Sequence record: SRR31156797_1225
Strand: one strand, 5' to 3'
DNA: 36,548 nucleotides
The notes under the pieces are model-generated. The model ran no database searches. It had not been told where the DNA came from and saw only the letters and a list, made by a program, of their open reading frames with translations. Numbering within the stretch: the stretch's first letter is position 1; every line of letters begins with the position of its first letter. The translations under genes were made by a program, and so were the position numbers. Shown one piece after another: positions 16,001 through 25,084 of the stretch.

Positions 16001-17038
16001 ATGAATTTTGCAACCCAACAGTTGTTTGCCGCGTTCCTCACCCAGCTCGCAACCAACTACAACGTGGGAAGCGTTGAAAAACAGTTCAGCGTGACCCCGG
16101 AGCTGGAACAGCGATTCCAGGACAAGATCGTTGAAAAGGAAGATTTCCTCCGCAAGATCAACGTGGTTGGCGTTGAAGAGCTTGCCGGAAAGAACGTCCT
16201 TGGTTCCGCCAACAGCCCCGCGTCCGGACGGACCAACACCTCGGACGGCAACACCGAACGTCAGCCCCGCAACATCCTCGGTCTTGAAGAATGGGAATAC
16301 AAGCTCCACAAGACCAACTCCGATGTTTACATCGAGTACGCAACACTCGACGCATGGGCCAAGAAGATCCCCAACCTCGGCGCGTTGTACACCGCGTATG
16401 TCCAGCAACAGATTGCCAACGACCGAGTCATGATCGGCTGGCACGGTGTCGAGGCTGCAGCCAACACCAACATTGAGACTTACCCGCTCCTGCAGGACGT
16501 CAACAAGGGGTGGTTCCAGTACATGCGTGAAAAGCTGGCTGGCAACATCCTCACAGAAGGCGCGACCGCCGGAGAAATCCGCATCGGTCCCGGCGGCGAT
16601 TACGAGAATTTGGACGATGCAGCCCATGATTTGCGACAGGGAATCCCCACCTATCTGCGCAACAATCTTGTCGTGCTGGTCGGTGAAGAATTGATCGGCA
16701 CCCGCACCGGCACCTTCTACAAGAAATGGGGCAACACCCCTTCCGAAAAAGCCGGTGTTGATCAGGCATTGAGTTTGATGGGCGGCATGCCCTGGGACTC
16801 TCCGAGTTTCATCCCGGACCGCACCATGATCGTGACCAGCTACCAGAACCTCTCCATCTACCACCAGTCCGGCTCCTGGCGTCGTTACCTCAAGGACAAG
16901 CCTGAAAAGGACCGTTGGGAAGATTTCAACTCCCGCAATGAAGGCTACGTGGTCGAAGAACCCCGCGCTTTCGCAGGCATGGAATTCAAGGACAACAACG
17001 TCAAGATGCCGAACGCCGCAGGCGATGGCTGGGAATAA
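16001..17038 (+). CDS. N: Major capsid protein (P2 gpN family)
   Basis: FSVTP, LDAWA, IGWHG, PLLQDVNKGW, NLSIY, NEGYVVE. Confidence 0.95.
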   Translation: MNFATQQLFAAFLTQLATNYNVGSVEKQFSVTPELEQRFQDKIVEKEDFLRKINVVGVEELAGKNVLGSANSPASGRTNTSDGNTERQPRNILGLEEWEYKLHKTNSDVYIEYATLDAWAKKIPNLGALYTAYVQQQIANDRVMIGWHGVEAAANTNIETYPLLQDVNKGWFQYMREKLAGNILTEGATAGEIRIGPGGDYENLDDAAHDLRQGIPTYLRNNLVVLVGEELIGTRTGTFYKKWGNTPSEKAGVDQALSLMGGMPWDSPSFIPDRTMIVTSYQNLSIYHQSGSWRRYLKDKPEKDRWEDFNSRNEGYVVEEPRAFAGMEFKDNNVKMPNAAGDGWE

Positions 17039-17111
17039 CCTTCCTTACTTTGCACAGAGGGGGTGGCCCAGCTGCCCCCTCACCCACCTTTTACCTCTGG
17101 AGGAGTGAGCC

Positions 17112-17864
17112 ATGAGTTTGATGAAGAGAAACCAGAAGAAATTTCAAGACGGCCAAACGCCCGTAGCTGTTGTCGGCACACCCGGCGGCGCAAAGGCTTC
17201 CTTGAACAAGGACCAACTTTCCAAGCTGCTCGATGCTTCCCTGGGCGAAGATCTGAAAACCCTTTCGGACTTCAAATCCCGTGAAGCCAAGGACCAGCAC
17301 AAGGGAAACGCGCTTATTCCCAAGTACATCGACTATGTCCACCGCCTCATGAATCAGGGCTGGAAGCACGACCTGCTGCCCTATTATATGGTTTGGTCCT
17401 TTGATGTCGCCAGCGTGGAACTGGCCCTCAAAATAGGCTTCTATTGCATTGAAAACGGCATCGACATGCCCACGGATATGTACAAGAGCGATGTCCAAAC
17501 CGTCATGACCCGGTGCATGGAAACGTGGACCAAGAACCAATTGGATTCCGACCATGCCGTGGAACCGTATTTCTCCACCCTGTTCGAAGCCATGACCGGC
17601 GCGGACGGCTCGGACGCATGGGACATCACCGACAAACTTTCCCGCCGAATCTACAAACTCAAGGGCTTGCTCGAGGACGAGGCAGGCAACTTTGAAGCCG
17701 CGCAGACGTATCTGCAAAAGGCCTACGACCTTGGCGAACCCGTCAAGACCAAGTTGGCAGAAGTGACCAAACGGCTCGACGACTCCAAGGCCGCTGAAGC
17801 CGAGAAGGCAACGGCTGCCGAAGCCAAGCCGGACGGCGAAGATTCCAAGGACTCCGACAAGTAG
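17112..17864 (+). CDS. M: Terminase endonuclease (small) subunit (P2 gpM)
   Basis: Position after capsid; LIPKY..YV, MVWSFDV motifs. Confidence 0.85.
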   Translation: MSLMKRNQKKFQDGQTPVAVVGTPGGAKASLNKDQLSKLLDASLGEDLKTLSDFKSREAKDQHKGNALIPKYIDYVHRLMNQGWKHDLLPYYMVWSFDVASVELALKIGFYCIENGIDMPTDMYKSDVQTVMTRCMETWTKNQLDSDHAVEPYFSTLFEAMTGADGSDAWDITDKLSRRIYKLKGLLEDEAGNFEAAQTYLQKAYDLGEPVKTKLAEVTKRLDDSKAAEAEKATAAEAKPDGEDSKDSDK

Positions 17865-17949
17865 CTCCTCCATACGCTGCTGCCCCCAAGGCCTGCTCGG
17901 GCAATAGCCTGTGACCAGGCCGAAGGGGGCAGCCAACAAAGGACCGACA

Positions 17950-18411
17950 ATGAGCTTTTCAGGCAATACCACCAAAGAATCGACCACCACCGTGAATAAT
18001 GACGGGTGGTGGCCTGACCTTTCTGTTGCGGATTTCGAGAAACGATACCGGCTTCCCTTCGACTACGAGGAAATGATCCTTGTGGACGGACTGCAGCTCG
18101 GCATGGCCTGGGCAAACACCCAGCTCAAGCACTGGCGCGAGGGGCTGGCTGAATTCGACTACGAGAACCTTGCCGCCGTTCCTTCTGACGCGCTGGGTGG
18201 CGAATCCGTCAAGCTCATCCATTACCGCCGGGCCGTGTACTGCCACGCCAAGGCCTTCCTGCTGCAACAATTCTCTACTGTTAACCGGCGCGAAGCCGCC
18301 AGAAACGAGGCGCGGGAAAGCGAAGAAACCGAAAGCACATTCCTTGCCTACGCGCAGCACGCCATTGCCTCTTTCAAGGGTGAAAGCCCCGTCACCGTGG
18401 AGCTTATATGA
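17950..18411 (+). CDS. L: Head completion protein (P2 gpL)
   Basis: NDGWWPDL, YRRAVYCHAKA, C-terminal VELI; ATG at 17950. Confidence 0.9.
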   Translation: MSFSGNTTKESTTTVNNDGWWPDLSVADFEKRYRLPFDYEEMILVDGLQLGMAWANTQLKHWREGLAEFDYENLAAVPSDALGGESVKLIHYRRAVYCHAKAFLLQQFSTVNRREAARNEARESEETESTFLAYAQHAIASFKGESPVTVELI

Positions 18412-18866
18412 GGCTGTTGCAAGCTCTGACCGAGGCTCTGAAGAAGGTAGGCGCAACCGGCAACGCCATCCATTCCTTTGCCGACGAAGGGACCATCATC
18501 CCCACGGGCAAAAACCTCGGCCACGGCATCGAGGTCGGACGCTTCAAGTATGAAGGCGTGATCCAGATAGAGGACTACAGCGACGATGGCCGTTTGTTCA
18601 TAGCCTTTGTGACGGCGTGGCTTCAGGAGAACGACCCGGAACGCGAAGACATGGGCCTCAAGGATCCCGACATAGATATTTCATTGAACGATGACCGGAC
18701 CGCCGACATTGATATGGCCATAGAGTTCGAGGAAGCCCTGGAGATCGTGCCGGACGAAGACGGTCCTATCACCTATGACGGCAAAAAATGGCGTCTTGCT
18801 GACGTTCCCGTCGACGTGGCCGATACGCTGGACACCATGGAAGGGGCAGCCGATGCCGTCGAGTAA
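18408..18866 (+). CDS. R: Tail completion protein (gpR-like)
   Basis: Synteny; AWLQENDPER..DIDI..DIDMAIEFEE. Confidence 0.75.
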   Translation: MRLLQALTEALKKVGATGNAIHSFADEGTIIPTGKNLGHGIEVGRFKYEGVIQIEDYSDDGRLFIAFVTAWLQENDPEREDMGLKDPDIDISLNDDRTADIDMAIEFEEALEIVPDEDGPITYDGKKWRLADVPVDVADTLDTMEGAADAVE

Positions 18867-19554
18867 CGCACCCCTTCGCCTCAAAACGGATCCGCGTGAA
18901 CGGCTCCGCCTGCATGAGCAGTTGAATATCCTGTCCATGTCCTCCCGGACCCGGCGCAACATCACCATGCGCATGGGTCGCAAGGTTGCCAAAGAGGCCA
19001 AGGCGAACATTCGCCAACAAAAGACCATCCATGGCCGTTCCATGGAACCGCGCAAGGACTCCCGCAACCGGCGGAAGATGCTGCGCGGATTCGGGCGGCA
19101 CATAAAACCCTACATGCGCGGCACGGACCGGGTGGAAGTCACCTTCGGGAATGACTACACAGCCCGACTCGCCGGACGGCATCAATACGGCATTGCTGAA
19201 CCGTGGACTGCGACCAAAGCCCTGAAAGTCTACAAACGGCCCGACTACAAAGCCCCTGCCACCAGAGCGCAGGCCAAGGCATTGAAGGCCGAAGGCTACC
19301 GGCTGCGCGTCCAAAAAAAACGCGGCAAGGGCTGCACACTCCGGCGCGTGTCCATCAAATGGATCATGGATCACCTGTCTGTTGGTCAGGCCGGGGCCAT
19401 CCTGCGGGACATGCGAACAGGCACCAAGCGCGGCAAACAGCAATGGGAAGTCAAACCGGCTGCGCGCCCTTTCCTCGGACCGAAACCCGGAACAGAAAAA
19501 GAATTTCTCAACGAACTCGCCAGAGACACCATGGCCGAGATCACCAACCGTTAA
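18853..19554 (+). CDS. S: Virion morphogenesis / tail completion protein (gpS-like)
   Basis: IRQQKTIHGRSMEPRK, RKML, HQYG, PARPFLG; ATG at 18853. Confidence 0.85.
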   Translation: MPSSNAPLRLKTDPRERLRLHEQLNILSMSSRTRRNITMRMGRKVAKEAKANIRQQKTIHGRSMEPRKDSRNRRKMLRGFGRHIKPYMRGTDRVEVTFGNDYTARLAGRHQYGIAEPWTATKALKVYKRPDYKAPATRAQAKALKAEGYRLRVQKKRGKGCTLRRVSIKWIMDHLSVGQAGAILRDMRTGTKRGKQQWEVKPAARPFLGPKPGTEKEFLNELARDTMAEITNR

Positions 19555-19566
19555 AAGGAGACCACC

Positions 19567-20682
19567 ATGTCGCTGGGCATTGTACAGGTAGACAAACTCA
19601 ATCTGCTGCAGGGAGATATCGCGGACGTCGAACGCTACTTCCTGTTTCTCGGACGTGGCGCAGGAACGAACGAAGGTTCCATTCTGACCGTCAACACCGA
19701 CACAAAACTGGACGAAGTTCTGGGCGCGGACGCTTCCAACCTGAAGACACAGGTTGCAGCGGCCAAGGCCAATGCAGGACAAAATTGGGCGGCAGCGGTC
19801 CTGCCTTTGGATGACGTTGTCACCGTGGACGCGGCAGTGGATTACGCCATGGAAAACATGAACGCGGAAGCCATTGCCATCACCGATCCGGTCAAGACTT
19901 CCGCCGAGGTCGAGGCCTTTCAGCTCAAGGCCAAGAACATCATGGCGCAGTATATGCGGCCTGCCATCTTCATCCCCACCTGCGAAGGCATCAAGGACAC
20001 GGAATCGTGGAGCGATTTCACCACCGACCGTAATGCCATCCTGAACAATCTGGCCTGTGACCAGGTCAACCCGGTGGCAACAATCTGGGAGGATGATCTG
20101 GGAGCCTATTGCGGACGGCTCTGCAACCGCTCCGTCACTGTTGCCGACACGCCCATGCGCGTGAACACCGGCCCGGTGGTGGGCATCCGCTCCGAAAAAC
20201 CCAAGGACAAGGACGGGCGCGCCGTTGACATGTCGGTCCTCAAGGCTCTGGACGCTGAACGCTGGTCAGTGCCGCAATGGTATCCCGACTATCCCGGTGT
20301 GTATTTCGGTGACGGCAACGTCCTGGACGTACCGGGCGGCGACTTTCAGGTGATCGAATATCTGCGCGTTGTCCACAAGGCCATGCGCAAGGTCTACCCG
20401 CTGGCCGTTGCCAAGATCGGCGACCGCAAGCTCAACTCCACCCCGGCCTCCATCGCCTATCATGAAAGCTATTTCACGCGGCCCCTGCGCGAGATGAGCA
20501 AATCCGTAAAAATCATGAACGTTATCTTCCCCGGTGAAATCGAGCCGCCCAAAGACGGCGACATCGTCATCACATGGGTCACGAAAACCGTGGTGAAAAT
20601 CCACATGACTGTCCGGCCCTACAACTGCCCCAAGGACATCACCTGCAACATCCTGTTGGACCTGACCAACTACGCTGAATAG
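19567..20682 (+). CDS. Tail sheath protein (DUF2586-type, HP1/K139)
   Basis: LNLLQG..VERYFLFLG, GRLCNRSVTVADTPMRV, SVPQWYPDYPG, VRPYNCPKDI. Confidence 0.85.
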   Translation: MSLGIVQVDKLNLLQGDIADVERYFLFLGRGAGTNEGSILTVNTDTKLDEVLGADASNLKTQVAAAKANAGQNWAAAVLPLDDVVTVDAAVDYAMENMNAEAIAITDPVKTSAEVEAFQLKAKNIMAQYMRPAIFIPTCEGIKDTESWSDFTTDRNAILNNLACDQVNPVATIWEDDLGAYCGRLCNRSVTVADTPMRVNTGPVVGIRSEKPKDKDGRAVDMSVLKALDAERWSVPQWYPDYPGVYFGDGNVLDVPGGDFQVIEYLRVVHKAMRKVYPLAVAKIGDRKLNSTPASIAYHESYFTRPLREMSKSVKIMNVIFPGEIEPPKDGDIVITWVTKTVVKIHMTVRPYNCPKDITCNILLDLTNYAE

Positions 20683-20690
20683 GAGGCATC

Positions 20691-21143
20691 ATGAACCGTA
20701 TCAGCGGAAAATCTTTTGATATCAACATCGGCGACCACCTGACCCATGTGGACAAGGCCACTCTCTCCATCACGGACAATTCCACCGTTGCCAAAGACCG
20801 AGGCGTCCCCAACGGGCGTCTTATGGGAGACGTCGAGGCTTCGGGTGAAATCGAAGTGGATGCCACCGGCCTGAACATCATCATGGAAGCGGCCAAGTCC
20901 GCCGGTTCCTTCCGGGAACTCGAACCCTTTGACTGCCTGTTCTATGCGAACTCCGGCAGCAAGGAAGAAATGAAGGTGGAAGCCTTTGGCTGCGCGTTCA
21001 AGATCGATGCCCTGTTGGATATCGACCGGAAAGGCGGGGAAAAGCACATGACCAAGCTGCCCTTTGACGTGACCAGCCCGGATTTCATCCGCATCAACGG
21101 CGTCCCGTATCTGGCAGCTTCCGAAACCAAAGATCTGATCTAG
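20691..21143 (+). CDS. Tail tube protein (DUF2597-type)
   Basis: RISGKSFD, GVPNG..GDVEASGE, VTSPDFIRINGVPYL. Confidence 0.85.
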   Translation: MNRISGKSFDINIGDHLTHVDKATLSITDNSTVAKDRGVPNGRLMGDVEASGEIEVDATGLNIIMEAAKSAGSFRELEPFDCLFYANSGSKEEMKVEAFGCAFKIDALLDIDRKGGEKHMTKLPFDVTSPDFIRINGVPYLAASETKDLI

Positions 21144-21153
21144 GGGTTTGGGC

Positions 21154-21357
21154 ATGCCTGATTTTTGCGACAACGGAACCGACATGGAACGGCTGGCGCG
21201 GGAAACGGCCATAGCCGAGGCCGGACTGAAGAACACCAACAGGCCCAGCCGGGAGACGTGCGCCGAATGTGGCAACGTCATCCCGGAGGCCCGTCGAAAA
21301 GCCATCCCCGGCGTGACGCTGTGCATACAGTGCCAGACCGAGCAGGAGGAAGAATGA
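21154..21357 (+). CDS. TraR/DksA C4 zinc-finger protein
   Basis: MPDFCD; CAECGNVIPEARRKAIPGVTLCIQCQ. Confidence 0.9.
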   Translation: MPDFCDNGTDMERLARETAIAEAGLKNTNRPSRETCAECGNVIPEARRKAIPGVTLCIQCQTEQEEE

Positions 21358-21767
21358 CCATCACCGTTGAAATTATCCGTATCGAAAAAGGCGAAGCCGG
21401 GACCTTCGGCGCGCTGAAAATAAACGGCCAAGCCACATGCGTGACGCTGGAACCCGAAGACAGAGACAACGCCCAGGGCGTGTCCTGCATCCCGGAAGGC
21501 AACTACATTGCCAAACGGGTGAACTCGCCCAAGTACGGCGACACTTTCGAGATCAAGGACGTACCGGGCCGCTCTCACATCCTGTTTCATGCTGGCAATG
21601 TGGAAGGCCACACAAAGGGCTGCGTCCTGCTAGGCCGCAACTTCGGTGCGCTCGGCAACGACCGTGCCGTCCTCAACTCCGGCAAGACCTTCAAGAGTTT
21701 CATGCTGGCCCTGTTGGACACCAATTCCTTCCGCGTCCGGATCACTGACGCTTCCGGGGGTGCATAA
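21354..21767 (+). CDS. DUF5675-type protein, probable endolysin
   Basis: CVTLE..D......SCIPEG.Y, VPGRSHILFHAGN...TKGCVLLG; position in lysis cassette. Confidence 0.75.
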   Translation: MTITVEIIRIEKGEAGTFGALKINGQATCVTLEPEDRDNAQGVSCIPEGNYIAKRVNSPKYGDTFEIKDVPGRSHILFHAGNVEGHTKGCVLLGRNFGALGNDRAVLNSGKTFKSFMLALLDTNSFRVRITDASGGA

Positions 21768-22276
21768 TGGGATTCCTCTCTGCCATCACCGGTTTTTTCA
21801 GCGGCGAAAAAGGGCTGGTCGGCACCATCGCCGACACCGTGAAAGACTATTTCCCCCCATCCATGAGCGACAAGGAAAAGGCGGAAATCACCGCACGGAT
21901 CCGCGAAGCCGAATTCGAGCGCGAAAAAGCCCTCATGAAACTGGCCGTGGACGCTGACAAGGAAGTCACCCGGCGCGCCACCGAGCTGGAAGGTACGGCC
22001 AAGGACCTGACATCGCTACCCGTGGTCGGTCGGTTCATCATCTTTGCGCGGGGCTGCCTGCGCCCGTTCTTTGGGTACTTCACCCTGTTTGTGGACTGGC
22101 AGATCTTCAGCAACGCATGGAAGGTAAAAATGACCATCCCCTCCGGCGAATTCACTGCTGAAGGAATTCTCATCATCGTGCTGAACATCCTTGTCCTGGG
22201 CTTCCTGTTCGGGGAACGGACCGTGAAGAACCTCATGCCCCTGTTTACCAAATTCATGGAGACCAGAGGGAAGTGA
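21767..22276 (+). CDS. Holin-like membrane protein (3TM/GTA-holin-like)
   Basis: LRPFFGY, TM segments, VLGFLFGERT..K C-terminus. Confidence 0.7.
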   Translation: MGFLSAITGFFSGEKGLVGTIADTVKDYFPPSMSDKEKAEITARIREAEFEREKALMKLAVDADKEVTRRATELEGTAKDLTSLPVVGRFIIFARGCLRPFFGYFTLFVDWQIFSNAWKVKMTIPSGEFTAEGILIIVLNILVLGFLFGERTVKNLMPLFTKFMETRGK

Positions 22277-22488
22277 GCGCAATGGACCACCAAGATCTGC
22301 AGGATCTGCTCGTGCGCATCGATGAACGGGTGAAGGCCATTCAGGACGACATCCGGGAAATCAATCAGGCGCGGCAGTGTGCAAGCCATCGAGTAAAAAT
22401 AAAGACCCTTGAACGCATGGTGTGGGGCTGTCTGGCAGGTGTTGCCGGGCTTGGACTCCGCACTGCAATTGAAATGCTGAAAAACTAA
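22273..22488 (+). CDS. Small coiled-coil + C-terminal TM protein (XhlA-like/holin accessory)
   Basis: LLVRIDERVK coiled coil, MVWGCLAGVAGLGL TM. Confidence 0.6.
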   Translation: MSAMDHQDLQDLLVRIDERVKAIQDDIREINQARQCASHRVKIKTLERMVWGCLAGVAGLGLRTAIEMLKN

Positions 22489-22504
22489 TTCACTGGAGAA
22501 TACC

Positions 22505-22786
22505 ATGGACAAGAACATCACACTGGAAGTCAACGGCGATGACCTGACCTTCGACATGACCCCGGACGCCTACAACAAATTCATCAACGAAATGCAACCC
22601 ACCAACAAGGTGGCCCCGGCCCATTCGCTGCTCATGCGCACCGTGACCGACGACAGCCGAGACGCGCTGAAAAAACTGCTCAAGCAGCCCGGCGCTGCCC
22701 TCAATCTCGTGGGCAGTCTGGTCGAGGAATACACCCCCGACCTGACCATCGTTGTGGGAAAGCCGAAGAAGTCGCCCAACGAATAG
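22505..22786 (+). CDS. Tail assembly chaperone
   Basis: YNKFINEM..NKVAPAH..L.R.V; directly upstream of the tape measure gene. Confidence 0.85.
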   Translation: MDKNITLEVNGDDLTFDMTPDAYNKFINEMQPTNKVAPAHSLLMRTVTDDSRDALKKLLKQPGAALNLVGSLVEEYTPDLTIVVGKPKKSPNE

Positions 22787-22950
22787 GCGACAATGCCGTG
22801 AGTCAGATTCTCGCCCTGCACACGAAGTGGATGCCGGGCCAGAAAATAACCACGGAAAGCATGGGTACTGCCCTGTTTTTGGAAAAGGACTTTTGGGAAA
22901 AAATGAGCATCGCCGTTACCAACGGCATTGCCAAAGCCATGAAGGGATAG
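22756..22950 (+). CDS. -1 frameshift extension of the tail assembly chaperone (not in ORF track)
   Basis: Slippery G-GGA-AAG at 22756-22762; -1 frame open to TAG at 22948-22950, encoding ..ALFLEKDFWEKMSIAVTNGIAKAMKG. Confidence 0.8.
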   Translation, partial: GKAEEVAQRIGDNAVSQILALHTKWMPGQKITTESMGTALFLEKDFWEKMSIAVTNGIAKAMKG

Positions 22951-22951
22951 A

Positions 22952-24748
22952 ATGAGCGCAAAGCTGCAGAAGCTCTCCTTTGTTATCGACCTGCTGGACC
23001 GGGTGTCCGGTCCGGTAGGCAAGATCCAGAAGAAGCTCAATTTCATGGCGGACGCCTCGGAAAAAGCTTTTTCCCGAATCGGTATGGGCGCGGCTGGAAT
23101 AGCCGGAGCCGGGTATTCCATGATGCAATTCGTCAACCCGGCGGAACAAATGCGCCAAGCCGTGGGCGAAGTGGCCTCTTTGGATGTTGACCAGGCTACC
23201 CTCAAAGGACTTTCCCAAAAGGCCCTGCTCTACTCCATCAAATATGGACGCGCAGCGGATGGCTTTGTCCGTTCAGCTTATGACATTCAATCCGCTATCG
23301 GTGGTTTGCAAGGCAATGAGCTTGGCATCTTCACTAATGCGGGAAACGTCCTTGCCACGGCCACCAAATCGGACGCGGGAACGATCACCGATTACATGGG
23401 AACCATGTACGGCATCTTCCAAAGCGAAGCCGACAAGATGGGCAAGGGGAACTGGATCGAACAGTTGACCGGCCAAACAGCGACCGCAGTACAGATGTTC
23501 AAAACCACCGGCTCCAAATGGGCCGCAGGCTGGACCGCTTTGGGCGCGAATGCCACAGCTGCAGGAATCAACTCCGTCGAACAGATGGCCGTACTTGGCA
23601 AGCTTCAGGCCACCATGTCCGGATCCGAAGCCGGAACCAAATACAAGGCATTTCTGGCCGGTGCAGGCAAGGCCCAGGACAAACTCGGTCTTTCCTTTGT
23701 TGACTCCAACGGGAAGTTGCTCGGCATGTTGGACATCCTGCAAAAAATCAAGGGCAAGTTCGGAGACATGGACAACAAGGAAGCCATGTTGCTGAAGGAT
23801 GCCTTTGGATCAGACGAGGCCGTTTCCCTCATCAACCTCCTTATGGCTGACACCAAGGGCTTATCCGGAGCCATTAACGCTCTCGGAAAGGTCAAAGGCA
23901 TGGAAAAGGCAACGCAGATGGCGGCGCACATGGTCACGCCCCTGCAACGAATCACACAAGGCGTCAAAGCCATTGCCATCAGCTTGGGAACTGCGCTGAA
24001 TCCCGTGCTCGACCCGTTCATCACTTCCATGGCTGACGGAGCTGCAACCATCACACGATGGAACAGCAAATTTCCGAACCTTGCCCGACTCATCGGACAA
24101 GTCACACTGGCCGTCCTCGGTCTGACCGCCATCATGGGCGTACTAGGAGTGGTCGGCGGTCTTGTCTCCATGGTGTTCAGCCCCGTTATTCTCGTTGTGG
24201 GGGGTGTCGTGGCCGCACTGGTCGGCCTCATCTTCTATTGGGATAAAATCAAGGCCGTATTCCAAAACACGGCATGGGGGCAATCCATCCTGAAACTCTT
24301 TGATTTCTTCCTGCTGCCAATACGAACCATCATTTTTTTGGTGACACAACTCATCACGCATTGGGACACACTGAAGGCCACATTCATGGACTCAACATTC
24401 GGACAAGTCATCCTCGCCGTGTTGGGGGCCATAGGTGATGCCCTCGGCATACTCTGGCAAAGCGCCAAAAGCCTATTGAATATTTTCGCCACTTCCCTGG
24501 ACTGGTGGTCCAAGGCTACGGACATAATCCCCAGCCTGTTCAGTGGTTCCGACTCCGAAGCCCCAACGTCCTCGCCTTCTCTGGACGCGTCCAGACGGGC
24601 CGTGGTGCCTCCGGGTGGTGTCGCCAACCAAATCGCCAACACCGTGAACGCCAACCGGAGCGAATCCCGCACCATCGGCAAACAGGAAAACCACTTCCAT
24701 GGCGTGGATACTATGACGATGAAAGAACAACTCATGATGGAAGGCTAG
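22952..24748 (+). CDS. Tail tape measure protein (TP901 family)
   Basis: L.F...L.DRVSGP, AYDIQSAI, MSGSEAGTKYKAFL, Ala/Gly-rich helical sequence. Confidence 0.92.
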   Translation: MSAKLQKLSFVIDLLDRVSGPVGKIQKKLNFMADASEKAFSRIGMGAAGIAGAGYSMMQFVNPAEQMRQAVGEVASLDVDQATLKGLSQKALLYSIKYGRAADGFVRSAYDIQSAIGGLQGNELGIFTNAGNVLATATKSDAGTITDYMGTMYGIFQSEADKMGKGNWIEQLTGQTATAVQMFKTTGSKWAAGWTALGANATAAGINSVEQMAVLGKLQATMSGSEAGTKYKAFLAGAGKAQDKLGLSFVDSNGKLLGMLDILQKIKGKFGDMDNKEAMLLKDAFGSDEAVSLINLLMADTKGLSGAINALGKVKGMEKATQMAAHMVTPLQRITQGVKAIAISLGTALNPVLDPFITSMADGAATITRWNSKFPNLARLIGQVTLAVLGLTAIMGVLGVVGGLVSMVFSPVILVVGGVVAALVGLIFYWDKIKAVFQNTAWGQSILKLFDFFLLPIRTIIFLVTQLITHWDTLKATFMDSTFGQVILAVLGAIGDALGILWQSAKSLLNIFATSLDWWSKATDIIPSLFSGSDSEAPTSSPSLDASRRAVVPPGGVANQIANTVNANRSESRTIGKQENHFHGVDTMTMKEQLMMEG

Positions 24749-24751
24749 GCC

Positions 24752-25084
24752 ATGGCTGAAGAAAAATATTTCGACATTCTCATCACGGACAATGACATCA
24801 CCCTGGACGCCGGGGGCATCCCGGAGCGGTGTTCTAACCGCGATTCCATTGGGCAGGACATTGTTCACATGATCCGGGAAACCGGCCTGCTGGTCGAGCT
24901 GGTGGGCAACCGGGACGAACGGAAGAAAGCCGAGAACGTGGTCAAGCTGACCATGGAAGTGGACAACGACGAGCGCATTGTTCCCGGCTCCTGCGAGATT
25001 CACGAAGTCGAGCTGGGTGCCTTTTACCTGAAGGCCGAAACAGTAGAGTTCGGTCCCATTGAATTTTCCCTGGAGGCCAAATGA
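24752..25084 (+). CDS. Baseplate protein (DUF2590, gpW/gp25-like)
   Basis: SIGQDIVHMIRETGL, DERIVPG; synteny. Confidence 0.8.
   Translation: MAEEKYFDILITDNDITLDAGGIPERCSNRDSIGQDIVHMIRETGLLVELVGNRDERKKAENVVKLTMEVDNDERIVPGSCEIHEVELGAFYLKAETVEFGPIEFSLEAK

Noticed and set aside
22752-22955. 67-aa ORF listed between chaperone and tape measure
   Set aside because: Wrong frame; the plausible product is the -1 frameshift frame ending at 22950
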